A DNA stretch of 63,883 nucleotides, filler included, from Choristocarpus tenellus KU-1152 (GCA_964200185.2; 10 parts of 10 records of this genome joined end to end with filler, not necessarily neighbours in it); one strand, 5' to 3'. Positions 48,278 through 62,092 are shown, counted from the whole stretch's first letter. Numbers and translations: made by a program. Notes: a model not told the origin generated them from the letters alone.

Positions 48278-50643
48278 GAATGCGATGCAAACACTGGTAC
48301 TGAACAACAGCATCATCTCCAGGCAGGTATTTCCATGCATCAAGAAGACCCCGTTCCCTCGCCTACCTACGATGGCGTTACCCTTCACCGTGGAGATATC
48401 ATTTCGGTATCTCATACAGATGCTGAGCCAACAGCAGCAGCAGATGCTAAAACCGCCTCGTCTGACAATGGTGTGGGTTCAGTAGACTTGGTTACTGAAA
48501 CCTCCCAGGTTGCATCCCAGGGTGCAGGTAGAATGGAGACCATGAGCGTTTGCCCAGAGTGTGCCCTACAGTCAGGGTCAGGGTTGGGGGAGGGGAATTT
48601 GTCAGTGAAGGGGGCAGGGCCTGTGGTCGAGCCCAAGACTGATTCCTTGGCACCACCTGGAACTGAATCTGAGGTGAAAGGACAGGGTGAGGTTGATACA
48701 AAGATGATGGCCGAGACCAAGAATGTCTACACAGGGGGGAATTCGACTCCATTCGTCCATCTCTTGAATGATGAGAAGGAGATAAGGGATTGTGATGAAA
48801 AGGAAGGTGAAGAGTGCCACTTGTACATGGAAGCCAGCAGGAGTGATCTCAGTCAGGGCATCAGGAGGTATTCTACCACCAGGGATGGAGACAAATCCAA
48901 CAGTACTACGGAAGAGTGCGAGGGATCGAGCTTGGATGACTCTTACTCCTCTTTCCAGATTCATGAACTCAGCAGTGGGGATGATTGCTTCGATGGGGAT
49001 ATTGATGGGTTCAGCTCTGACAGCCTCTGCTCACCCCTTGCCGGGAGAAATGTTGACATCAGTGGAGCCTCTTCAGATGACAGTGACGATGGCATCAAGT
49101 GCACAATGGTGAGGAAGATGATAAATGATTGATGGGGATTGAGACTTGGAAGTGCTATGCATGTCAGAGTTGATTAATTTGGTCATGTTGCCAGTATGGT
49201 ATAAAGCACGTGGTTTCAGAGCCAGAATATCTTAGAAGGTACGAGTTGTGCCCTATTTGTCCTTTTGAAGCTTGGCTTCCCATGGTCTTCTTTTATGACA
49301 TTTTCATACTCCAATTTGTTTAGAAGTAGGTAAAATGTGTACATTATGAAAAGGTGTATCCGGAACAAGGATATTGACACTTCCTAACAAACATTATGGC
49401 CAAAATAACATCAACATGACAACATTGGATTTTGGACCTAAATGGACGTGGCTCTACCCTTTAAGATACTTTGACCCTTTCACTCTTCAGTTTTTGTCTC
49501 CTTCCTGACGCCAAGGGCCGAGTTCAGAATTTATCAGAGGAAGAATTATAGTTCCCACTCTGCAATATATGAAGAGGTGGGTTTAGAACCCATGAGTAGG
49601 TATTTAGGAGTATAGCATCTCCATGGCAATGTAGGAAGTAGTATGCGTACCTCAAATTTTCTTTCCTTCTTTCCCCTCCTTTGATACCGTCCAACCTTCA
49701 CCAAGTTCTACCTGACAACATCCCAAGATGTGCATGTGGAACAAACATCTACTTGTATGGTGACACCACTGTTCCCCCCCTTCTTACTCCTGACCTTGCT
49801 CTTGTCACTTTCAGCTTAATGATGATGACCCCACAAGTTGGATGAACTCATCCAACCTCATGGAGGCATTTGTAGAGCAGGAGGTGCGCAATGACCCAAT
49901 CACTGTTGGGGAAGCGATTTTTGGCAACTCTGAGCTGACCCTAACAAGGAAAGCTATGTACAAGGTGAGATCTGTACTGCCCCACTTCTACCTTCTCCTT
50001 CCCAGTGAGCTATTGGTATCCGCTGATGAGCCAAAGTAAACGAGAGGTACCTAGGTTTTGGCTATTTTTGCATTTTATGTCTGTTGTTCAATCTTTTGCA
50101 TTTCACCCATATTTTTATGGATGAACTTCTAGGCTTGACTGGAGGATGTTTATTTCTCTGTTGTTTGAAACGTTTCTGACAAACGTAAGAAAATATCCTA
50201 CACAAATTTGTAGGAAATGGTGAATTTTTCACATTTTTGTTGGTCGCCTTCAAATGCAAAACAAATACTTTGGCTCTTTGGCAAACAGAGGCAGTATGTC
50301 CCCTATCATGCCCTGCGCATTTTGCATAAGGACATGGCTGAGGTTCAGGCCGTTGATGTTTTATCACTGGTATTCAGAACACTTCAAGTATTACCCATCC
50401 TGCTCCTCACTACCCAATTGCATGTTTGTATGTGATTACATCATTCTTTTTCAGAGTCAATCTCTTGTGCAGAGGTGTAAGCAGTTGAATACCAGCAGGA
50501 GAACATTTCGTCGCAAGTGGAAAGGTGGTGACAAGGACAAACGCCAACTAAGTGCTGCCCTATCCAAGGCAAAGGACAAGGAGGCTGATCTCGTTGGAAA
50601 GTGGAATGAAGCACAGCTGGAGTTGTTCAATGGGAAGATAAAG
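48278..50643 (+). CDS. Hypothetical protein, acidic low-complexity region then coiled coil (partial)
   Basis: Phase-0 exons 48278-49108 (277 codons), 49815-49964 and 50455 to contig end; canonical splice sites. Confidence 0.7.
49219..49485 (-). mobile_element. MITE family A (diverged)
   Basis: Colinear with the family; flanked by ttca/ttca. Confidence 0.8.
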
Positions 50644-50914
50644 NNNNNNNNNNNNNNNNNNNNNNNNNNNNNNNNNNNNNNNNNNNNTTAATTAATTAAN
50701 NNNNNNNNNNNNNNNNNNNNNNNNNNNNNNNNNNNNNNNNNNNCAGATACTTTGACCCTTTCCCACTACTTGACGAATCATACAGCCCTGCCAAGAAGAT
50801 GGGGGGCGAGGGGATTGCACACTGCATCTATGGCAATTAAAGCAAGTTGATAGAAAAAATGTCAACCGTGTCATTTGAAAAATGAGCAAAAGGCTCTTGT
50901 TGTACTGGTCCCAC

Positions 50915-52010
50915 CTGCTCCACAGTGTCCATCGTGTCCTCATCACACCCAATGTGACCCAGATAAGCGTACACGAGAGGGACCAAACCCGGGTAGTAGT
51001 CCCCCTTCCCCAGCATGATCTCTAAAATCGTCATCTCCTCATTACCTGGATACAAAAAGGTCCGCACACACCAACCAACACACACATGAACACACATGAA
51101 CACACATGCTAAAGCAACTCGACACAAATCATGGTAGCAGAAAGCAGAAACAATCGCATCAATTGAACAGCGCATGCGTCGCACTGAACCGATAGAGCTA
51201 CTTCACCCAGTGACCAAAACGGCGGTCATAGTACGGGTATCTGTAAAGACCAGAACATCAGAACTCTTAACACTCAGCACTTGCAATTCATCAGAACGTT
51301 TGGTCAAATCCAACCTCTAAAATTCGTTGTCAGAATATCTCGATTGTGACAATTTCCTCTACACTCCCTGGAGTCAGAGCAATGTACAGGGATATTTCCT
51401 GCACAACGTCCAGGGCCAACAATTGTAGTTGGGGCTATCACCTCTCTTTTACTTCCCAGGCCTGCTCCTGTTGTTGTCATTACTTTCTATTACAAAGCAG
51501 CTTTTACGCAACGCTAACCCTAACCCTAACTCATCAATGGAAGAATGCAATGAAATACAGCTATCTCTGTACTCACACCTTCAAAACATTATTGAAAGCA
51601 GTGATACTACTAATATAAAAAATCAACACACTAGTAGCACTGCTGTTGCAGCTGAAATGAGATTCGGTGCAGTACAACAGTGACTCAACATGTACATAAA
51701 AAGAAGACTGGAAATAATTCCTAGGAGCACTCTATTTCGTTTGAGTTGCCTCTTCCCCTAAGAATCCTACCAGATTTAAGAAATCTGTATTGTATATATT
51801 TTGAATATCTTCCACAGTCATCATATTAATATAATACCAAATAGTTAAATTTAGGTCTTTATGAGATGCACTACTAAAACAGTACTGTGGACACGAAAAC
51901 ACATATCACCCCTTAACAGCTCATTTATCAATCCACATTTCAATGGTGCACTAGAAAAAAGTAACAATCCAAACATGCCTCTTTAACCAAACCAACTCCA
52001 AAATGTTCAA

Positions 52011-52041
<31 letters not shown>

Positions 52042-55000
52042 CAAACATGTTCTTATCCATAATTTGTACTTCATCATACTTCATACTCAGTACATACCAG
52101 AATATACAAGACAGTATTATATTCCTTAGAAGTTTATAGAAGTTCATCAACAGCAGCAATTGCTTTGAATCCATCGGTGTGTCCAGGATTCACCGTCAAG
52201 CGCAATCGGTACCAAAAAGGGAAATGCAACACACACAAGTACAGTGCCACTATGGCGAAATACTAGCGCAGACACGCTTAATAAAGCCCTTCAGCAAGTT
52301 AGGTAAAATTAAAATTAAAATTAAAATCACAGTAACGCCAATAAATCATCGAACTCCAAATATATCAACACGTACCAGAATTTACTTTTGTCTCGAGCAA
52401 AAAACATATCCATAATATGAAACAGCATAGTGAGAGCAACAAATAAATAGTGCAACCTTCACCAAGATACTGACTCTTACCTCCAAGCTGGTCGTTGCAA
52501 GCCTTGTGCTCCTGATCAGCAACGTCACATGGTGAAGGCTTGCCCTCCCCATCCGGCTTCACCTTCCCCAGTCCAGACATCTCAATCTCACATGGTGAAG
52601 GCTTGCTATCCCCATCCCCTGCCCTTTCATTGGTCTCATCTTCTTCTCCTTGAGGAGCCATGTGCTGTCGCCACCAGAACTGTGAAGGGTATGTTCAAAC
52701 GAGGAAGGAGTCAAGTCCCCATATTTTGATCCAAAGGGGATACAAGATGGGTCAAAAGGAACCTCGAGTCAAAAATGTGAGAGAAAGTACTTAACAATAT
52801 GGGCTTGGCATCGATATCCCTACATACAAAATTGTGAACCCTTCTTGGTCTGAAACATGGGGGTATGCCCCTTGCCATCTACTCTAAACAGGTAGCCCTT
52901 GCCACCCTTGAGTAACCCATAAACATTACCCATTTCAAGTCTTAAATAAAAAAAGAGGTATACCCCTTGTTGTGGACCTTCCGGAGATCTATCTAGACCA
53001 TAGAACCCTTTCCCCAACCTTACAAAGCTGCTTTGATATAGTTGGTTGGACAGGTTTGTGGCACATTATTCAACGTTATCATTTGTTTTAACATTTTTTT
53101 CATGTGAGAATTGAATTGCCGACAGAATTCTGTTGAGAAACCACACAAACATGCGAAACACACAGACACACACAGACACACAGACACACCAGCAGGGACA
53201 CCGTTGCCCATCTGAGAATACTTTATATATATTCTAAATAACCCTAACCCTCACTCAACAACCACCGTTACAGCTGTGCCAAAAAAAATGCCATGCATTT
53301 CAAAACACAAGAATTGAGCACGACCCTAACATCATAAAATAAAATAAAAGCTTAGCACAATCCTACCATCAGGAAGGCCCGAGCTAATGCAAGCAGGAAG
53401 GAGGGCATGTGATAGGCTACCCTGGGGACGAGATTCTTTAATTTCCTCACAAACAACTCAAAACAGAACCATTTCTTTCATCTGTGGAACCTTTTGGTTG
53501 CGACATGGAAGCGGAACAAAAGAGTAGTACATCACTACAGTATCCCCCACACGTCGTCACTACAAAAATATATATATTTTTTAAATCGCAGAGAGAGTTT
53601 CCAAAAGCCAAAGAAGTTCTGCTTGCCTTAGGAGAGGCGTCAAAGAACATTATACTGAAAACAGCCCAACACAAGAACACCTCGAATACACGGGGTTGGG
53701 CTGTGCCCCCTTCGTAAAGACCTATTCCAAAGCTGTATATCTTCTGTATATCTGTACTACATTTACAGAACTCTGTTTGCTGTAAATTGAGTTATTTGGT
53801 AATTGTTGTACAGTTACTATTGAGAGCCCATTGCTCTCTCCGATGTTCAATCGGGGCTTGCAGAGCCTACACACACAATGATTTTTTGGAAGTACTCTTA
53901 TAAATGTTCCCTTAATTAAAGCAAGCCTCCCAAAGGATAGGCTCAACATTATCAATCCACAAAAGTTAATGACCTCATCTATATCTATCTATCTACATAT
54001 ATATTCCTCTCATGTCCACACCACAAAAAAATATAAATATATTGAACAAACGGGGTGAGTGAGGGGGGACTACCATCACCACCATCACCACCATCACTAC
54101 CTATTTCGTCAAAGACCTCAAGGGCAGCAAAATGCTTACATTTCAACGCAATGAGAAATGCGCATTTCATCCTCTCAAATTTAAAAATAACTTTCATGTA
54201 AGCCGATGTGGTCTCTTGTTGAACAGCAGAAAACACACACTTCCCGAGCTTAAAAATTCCCTCGAACAATCCCCCTCAACCCTCCGCTTCCCTCTCTCGC
54301 CAAGTAACTGCTACACCACCCTTGCCTTTTGGGTGAGTACAGCATCTCTGCAATGAGCTCTCCTCATGTTCTCATCCACCTTTGACAGTGGAATATACAG
54401 GTTGAGGTCAAAGGCAAGGATTACACGTGTAACCAGCACAACAAACACCACAAACGCAGCGTTCTCCGCATCTGTGGGCTGAACCTCCGCTGATCGGAAC
54501 TCAGTCCTGCAACAACAGCAAGAACGTTTTGGAGAGAGGCCGCGACAAAACGTTTCGCAGGCGATGTCATCTAAAACACCAACGGAGACATGAGAAGGCG
54601 TGTTTGCGCGCGCGTGCAAGATGGTTACCAAAAGACAAACGCCTCATTACAAACGATGAAAAAAAGTGTGAACAAAAAAAAAAGGGGACCTGACATGGGC
54701 ACGCCAGCACACACACACACACACGTCTCACAAGCACATCAGCAATCAGAACGCCTACGCATATTCTGGAACAATCAACACAATTGACGGGGAGTCGGTG
54801 CTCAACTGCTATGGTTCAGTTGAGTATGATCGCCAACACCCCATCTCAAGCACCAACGACCCTCAACAGCATAAACAGACGTACAACTGGTCACACACAC
54901 ACACAGAGAGAGAGGAACACAAAAACTCCCACAAAAGTCTTGAGCCCAACTTCCAGGTCTAGAAACCCTCAACCCACCTACCTACCTGGGTCAACATACT

Positions 55001-55074
55001 GCAAGTGTTAATGGTTAATGAAAATAAGAAGCGATATGCATTGTACCTAACACACATCTTATGGTACCAACACA

Positions 55075-55110
<36 letters not shown>

Positions 55111-55189
55111 TACAAATCATTTAACAGGTTCTGAAACAACAGTATATATAGACACTTCATCACATCAACAAACCCAACGCTCTTGAAGA

Positions 55190-55221
<32 letters not shown>

Positions 55222-58200
55222 TAATAATAATAGCTCTCGAGCACACTAGGTTGCTCGCTAAACAGTGTTATTACCTCCAGCCAATCTTCGGGTCATATGG
55301 ACTATCTCTGGGGGGGGGGGGCTTCCACCGCACAGTCTGCCAGTTCGTGGACTGGATGTTCTCGAAGTGCTCGGTGCCAGTAGCGTCATCTACCTCCTCA
55401 ACCAACCCATCAAAGATCACCAAAGGATCCCTGAATAGATCCAGCGCAGGGGAGTCAAGCGTGTTAGAGAATACAAGGGAAGCAGGACACGCCACGGCCA
55501 ATATGAAAACCAAATCTCGTAACACAGCTCACACATGGCACAAGACCAATACACCCGCCAAGCAGCAAGGTCTTGGACTAGGGTTAACCTACTCTCGAAG
55601 CGCAACAACCACTATGTGCAATCAGTGTGCAACCAGCAGTACAAACAAGGCTTGGTTTGGGTCATTCAGCAGCACGGTAGAGACTATCCAAGAAAAGCAT
55701 TCATGACACATCCCAAGCTCGTCGCGAAAGACGAAGCCATTTTGGGGCATACTTATCCCAAATCCTCCCAAATTGACGTCATGTTGACCCAAAAACAGTT
55801 CACACCCATCGTAAATGACCTGAGCCCTACGACGATATTTCAATACAGATGTGTCACGCCACTCGTCTCTCAGAACAAATCAATATATACAGAGATCACT
55901 TCATCGGCAATGCTGAGCTGCATGAGTATCAGAGCAATGGATATCTTCTGGGAAAATGTTGTCTAAAATAAAACCCATGCTGCTAGCTCCAGAGCATCAA
56001 ATGAGTGGCTACATGTCACTCCAGAGCGATTCAGAGCACGTCGAGTCAGTATTCAGCGCAATCTAATCGAGCACTTTATCTGTATTTCATTAACTAAACT
56101 TACCCAGAGAAACCAGAAAACAATGGCATCTTAGAATTATAGATGTGTGTGCATACTACCGAAAGCCGACTCAAAAGTAGTGACAGATATTGACAGATAT
56201 TGACAGATATTGAAACCTAAATGAGCGATCCTTGGTCAAACATCACAGCAACACACACTTTTTTCAATGATGTCAATTCAATCCTCAATGATGTTAGTTC
56301 AATCTTCAATGATGTTAATTCAATCTTTTAAAAAGTGGCATAGCACTAGATCAAAGCAGTGAAGGAAGAACCTCGCCATCACCCACTCTCCAGGTTTAAA
56401 ATATACAAGTCAGTGGGAAAAAAAGAAGGAACTCATGTTTCTTTCCAACTATGTATGCATGCATGCATGTATGCATTGTGCAATAAGTATAGATCAGATC
56501 AGATCAGATCAGATCAGAGGTGCATGCTTGTCTTCGCCTACCTCACAAACAGGTGTGCAACGTGGTATGCCAGTGCCTCATCCAAGCCTTTCTCCACAAG
56601 GAACCTTTCCACTTCTTTGTCGATGACACACGGAATATCATTGTATGTCTGGAACAAGCAACAAGCCCACAAGGAAACACACACATTGATTAAAACAAGG
56701 TAACAGAATGGTACATGCTGTGGAGGTGCATCACTTCAAGATTTATTGAGCGCTGCTCAATCTCAGAGTTCACAGGCATGAGGGTGCATTCCGAAGAGGG
56801 CCTTATCAGCCTGCAAGCAATGGACTGATTTTTGAAAGATACTTCATACATTATCACAGTAGGGTGCAAAATAAAAAAGCTGTAAAACACTCCCCTACAC
56901 ATAAACAAGTCAGGCACACTTATTACAGGTATTGCCACTACTGCTCAGCGGGTGGGGTAGGGTCGGGTGGGGTTAAGGAGTAGAACTCTTTACATTGAAG
57001 GATCACTGACAAAAAATAACAACTCAAGCAAAGAGCAACTGCTCTCAGTATCACCCGATACAGGGATATATTCTCAAAAGCCATACTAACAACCCGTAAT
57101 ACAGGGTCACTCTCCAGCATCCAATAAGATAAAAAAAGGCGTGATAATAAGAATAAACAAATAAATATATTTGGATACTACAGAACGTGTGAAAACATGC
57201 ATGTTCAAACTACAAGTCAAGTGTTGCCCTCAGATCAAGTACTTGTCACAGCAAGAAATGTTCGGCAGCATAGAGGAAGAGGGGTACAGAGGACTTCTAA
57301 ATGACTTTGAAACAACCCAATAGGCACCCAGAATCTGACAACAAACTAAGAGCGTGTTGTATTCATTTTCTTATGGTCAACAAACAATCAATACACAAAT
57401 CCATCAAAGTCAACTGCACCCTGCACTGTCACAGCACACATAGTCCACAATTCTCCCACCCTCTCCCCTTCAGAAGCACTCAAGAGGATTGACTGCATCC
57501 TTCGTGATAGGCATGTGAGGCTTTTCCCACGTCACTTCAACAAAAACAACCGTAACCCGATCTATTCCCCCCATTATCCTCCAGCACCCATTCACCCTGC
57601 TCCTATAAACTCACAGAATAGCACTGGTCTTTATTCTTTGTCCTTGCCCCCTGTTTGCCATCCGAGGACAATAAACCAAAGCATGAGACATCCTACACAT
57701 GGAAACCCCCATCCATGACTGTACAACCCCTTCAGCGGGGTCAGGAAGTCAGAACTGAATTCAAGAACGCTCTATTTTGGCAGAGCTGCCGCCTACTTTC
57801 AGAAAAATATATTATTCAATTTCCCCCGAGGAAAACCTACTGTGGGTTGGCAGAACAGCGACAATGGCACTGTTATTTGAACAGTCTTATCCACAAACAC
57901 ATACATATGTGTGTGTGTGTGTGCGTGTGCGTGTGCGTGTGCGTGTGTGTGTGTGTACCTTCAGCACGTGCAAGGGGTCATCAGCACGCCTTCGACAATA
58001 GTGGAGATAGGTTGAGATGCTGTCGTAGCGACTCTTATACACTCGTGCGACACCATCACCAACCATCTCTGGGTCCTTTGCTGCTTCCAACTGTGAAGAA
58101 GAGGAACAGAAGGCAACACTTTTACATATGTTACTTATTGATGAAGTGCAAGGTTGTGTGATGTGTGTGATGTGTGTGATTCGTGGAGTTCCGCATATAT

Positions 58201-60360
58201 GTATGTATATATATATATATTGTACATCACCTCTTCATCACTGAAGAGCCCCATCTCAGCAGGGGTACGGTCATCCACTGAACCGGCGATCATGTTCCAC
58301 CTTGTGATACAACGATCAAGTCGAGTCAAGCAAGGGAAAAGGGAGGAAGGCAGGGCACGGGGTATACAGAGGCGTGTGCATGGTCACTCATTAGCACTAT
58401 CAGTCACTTGCTTAACAAGAGGTAGGGTTAGGGCAGCAGCGTCCAACCAAAGAGTCCACCAAAGTGTACAGGTTCAATTTCCAGCGCTACACAAGGAAAA
58501 AATTAATAAAAAACATTAAAAATCAGCCCCCCTTTTGTCATGCCCCACAAGTCAACATTTCAGGTCGAAATGAATTGCATCTCTCATCTCAACTCATCTC
58601 GTCTCATCTCATCTCATGTTACAACTGTCACTTTGGTCCCTCCCATGACCACAATCAGCAACACCTGCCAACCCACCACTAAATAAAAAGAAATGTTTTA
58701 TATTTATTTACAGCACAAGATAAAGAAGACAAAAAAATACCCCCTTGACCTCAATCAACACCTATACCTGACATCAGTGTCCACGAGTCGGCCCTTGATG
58801 ATAGGTGTGGCGGCAGTGAGGGCCAGCAGGATGGGACTAAGGACAGCCAACTGATCATACATATATCGGGATTCCCCAACATCTCGTGCCTGTAAAATCC
58901 CACAAAAAAGCGTGACAGTGTGGGGGGTGCAGGGTCAGGGAGAGTAGGATGGAGCCAGTGGACTTTTGCGATCAACATCCCTGTCGTGTTCACCCTCACA
59001 CAGTATTAAACCACCATAAAGCAGAGCTCAGAGATCTAAGTCCACTACAGTTTAAACTCAATATTCACATGTCTACTTTTGTCCATCTCAGGACCACACT
59101 CAACCTACCTATATTCCCCCGCCATGGCGAGTCTGGAAAGCGCTCCAGCAGGGGTTCAATCCCAGAATCTCTGATTACATACCCAGGGTGTACTCAAAAC
59201 TCGCTTCTGGCTACTACTGTTAAGATATTAGTATCAAAGGCTAAGCACATAGTGGTGGATACATCTGTAACTGACGCCATACCGCCCTCCTTCCCATCTA
59301 TCTCAGAACCTGTTCGAACAGATCAGAATATGTATATATATATATGTATATTACAAAAAAAGAAAAAAAAGAAATTTCCACGACTCGCCATCTTACAACT
59401 CAGGACATAACAATGACAATACTGAGCCAGCTACCCAAGACATTGATTTTTGGGACATCCCTATAGTTGCGCACCTAGAAAGACCGAGCAATAAGACATG
59501 AACAGCGCATTCCATCCCATCCAAAAATAACAGTCATTTGAACAATATTCAAATTTCTGCTTGCTACGCAATGGCAACTAAGAGCCAAAGTATCTTAGGG
59601 TTAGGGTAGGGTCGCGTCCATTTGGGCCCAAAATCTAATGTTGAGATTTTGATGTAATTTTGGCCATCGTGATTGTTAGGAAGAGTCAGTATCCTTGTTC
59701 CAGACACACCTCTTCATAACATATACATTTTACCTACTCCTAAACATTTTGGAGAAGGAAAATGCCACAAAAAAAACATGGGAAGCCAAACCCTAAATGG
59801 ACAAACAGAGCAAAACTCCTACCCTCTATCTAAGATACTTTCACTCTAACATCGTCAGATTCAGGGCTAGTAGGCATACATGGTATAGTCAGGAAGCAGC
59901 ATCAATACCAACAGACCAATAGAACAGTCCGCATACCACACTCAACCAATCAGACCCAGACAATTGAACAGTTAACCTCCCATACTGTAGTTCAACCTAA
60001 GCATACACTTCCCCAATCACCTTGATCTGCACAACTCAAGCACAAACACCAGCACACCTGAAAAGTGACTTGCAGGCAGCAACACCCCATCCCAAACGCC
60101 ATCGCATCCATATGGACATACGGCTGCTCAGACGACCTGCTTTCACCATCACCATCCACAGTCGTCACAGCAATTTTCTCGCCTACCACCGCCTGGGAAG
60201 GTGAATCCGATGTTGACCCCTTGGAGTCATAGCCATTGATTGCCTTAGTCGGTTCACCTTGAGAGGGCGGTGCAGGGGGGACAGGCACCTTGCTGAACTC
60301 GGGTGTGTAGGTGTCCTTGAAAAGGGGGATGCGAATGTTGACATTGCTGCCCCGGCGTTC
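50915..60360 (-). CDS. GCLC: Glutamate-cysteine ligase catalytic subunit (gamma-glutamylcysteine synthetase, animal/fungal type), partial
   Basis: Exons 60360-60058, 58889-58768, 58300-58231, 58090-57959, 56648-56542, 55430-55275, 54506-54326 (GC donor), 52679-52481 and 51045-50915; all phases fit. Motifs HMDAMAFGMGCCCLQVTFQ, YDQLAVLSPILLALTAATP, SVDDRT, KSRYDSIS, HLFVRDPLVIF, HFENIQSTNWQTVRWKPPP and IGWRTEFR. Confidence 0.95.
59582..59846 (+). mobile_element. MITE family A
   Basis: Both TIRs present (left one with a ggtt insertion); TSD taa. Confidence 0.88.
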
Positions 60361-60954
60361 CTGTTAGATATTTGACAGGCATGGACAGAAAACGTTGATC
60401 GTCAATGCCTAATGGAATCATTAACTTAGCGTTAGACTCACATGGCAAAAGAGATTTTAAAATAATAATTAAAAAAAAAGAAAAGATCAGGGATCAGATT
60501 GGTGACAAGCAACACAATGCTGATCAGCAGACAAGGGAGGGGGNNNNNNNNNNNNNNNNNNNNNNNNNNNNNNNNNNNNNNNNNNNNTTAATTAATTAAN
60601 NNNNNNNNNNNNNNNNNNNNNNNNNNNNNNNNNNNNNNNNNNNCCCCCCCCCCCCCCTGATTCTTTGGGTCATATGCCTGTGGGAATTACATGGATGACA
60701 CATTTTTTCCTCGTGCATAATGAGATTTTTGTGATTATCGATACTATTAGTTTTCAATACATCTACAAAACATAATTTTTAAAAAATCGTCTCAAGTGAC
60801 AGGAAGGAGAAGAAGAGTTCATTCTATTGAAGTATGACTCCTTTCATTCCTTTTTGAGTCAATATCAGGTAAGTGGTGCCTGAAACTTGCTGCTCTTTTG
60901 ACGATTTGGTTAATTGTTTGATACCTCATTTAACTGCTGGTGCTTGGCACATCA

Positions 60955-61213
60955 GAGCCAAAGTACCTTAGAGAGTAGAGCCACGTCCATTTGGGGGTCA
61001 AAATCCAATGTTGCGATTTTGATGTAATTTTGGCTATCGTGTTTATTACGAAGTGTCAATATCCATGGTTCCGGACACAATTGTTCATAACATATACATT
61101 TTACATACTCCTAAACATTTTGGAGTAGGAAAATGCCATTAAAAAAATATGGGAAGCCAAGCCCCAAATGAACAAACAGGAAAAAACTTGTACCCTCTAA
61201 GATACTTTCACTC
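60955..61213 (+). mobile_element. MITE family A
   Basis: Both TIRs present; TSD tca. Confidence 0.9.
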
Positions 61214-61810
61214 TCATATGTTATACATCCTTATATTATTGTGCTTGCATCTACCTATAAACATGAACAGACAACACATAGAGCTGTCCAAGAATTCTCA
61301 AGTAGAAAAATTAAAGGGTAACATAAATGAAGGTAAGAGGGAACATGCAAATCCTTGTGGACCTAGACTGTGTCAACATCCACACTGCAACAAGCCTTAC
61401 AAGCAGATTGCATTGGCAATGTATTGCAACTCCTTAGGGTAGTATATGTGCAAACCTATTCTAAGCAGGTCAACAAGTTGCAGAAGACAAACTGTTGAAG
61501 GAGCTTGTTGCGAAAGAAGTCTTTTTTAATATGGACACAGTGATTACAGTCTATCCTGAGAGTGATGAACTGCATCGCTGTGGCTGCGTCTCTTTAGCCT
61601 TACCTCTCTGGCCTCAACAACTATGCACCTGTCGCTCTTCCAACTGCATTTTGGACATACTTGAGTGCCAACAGCCCATCTTTGAACAATACCAATCGAT
61701 CTTGTTGTGCTGCCCTCGCCCGTCCACCCTTCCACCCCTAGTATCAGAAATTTGCACTGATAACAGTATCTGCAGCACCATTCAAACATGATATTTCCCC
61801 AGTCCCATTA

Positions 61811-61991
61811 GGCTCAAAGTATATGGGGGGGGGGGGGGCAGCTGTCCATTTGGGGGCAATTTTTTCATGTCGCGATTTTTGGGTGATTTGGTTACATACT
61901 TTGGATGGGTACTGTAAATGCACTTTTCCTGATTTTGACCCAAATGGTCACCCTGGTGCGCACACCCCTCCCCCCCCAGATACTTTCGGTC
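61811..61991 (-). mobile_element. MITE family C
   Basis: ggctcaaagtatatgggg...ccccagatactttcggtc; 4-bp TSD atta. Confidence 0.85.
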
Positions 61992-62092
61992 ATTACCTCT
62001 CCCTCTTTAACTCTCCCCTGTCCCCTCCTCACTCTATCCTTTTGTTCCCATTCATCTCCGTGTTTGTCACCTGTCACACTAAAATATTCCAG

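Noticed and set aside
55535-55966. 143-aa antisense ORF inside a GCLC intron
   Set aside because: No recognisable motif or splice support; consistent with chance.
61823-62092. N-terminal part of the 226-aa ORF
   Set aside because: Read-through of MITE C and a polypyrimidine tract; the probable exon starts at 62093.
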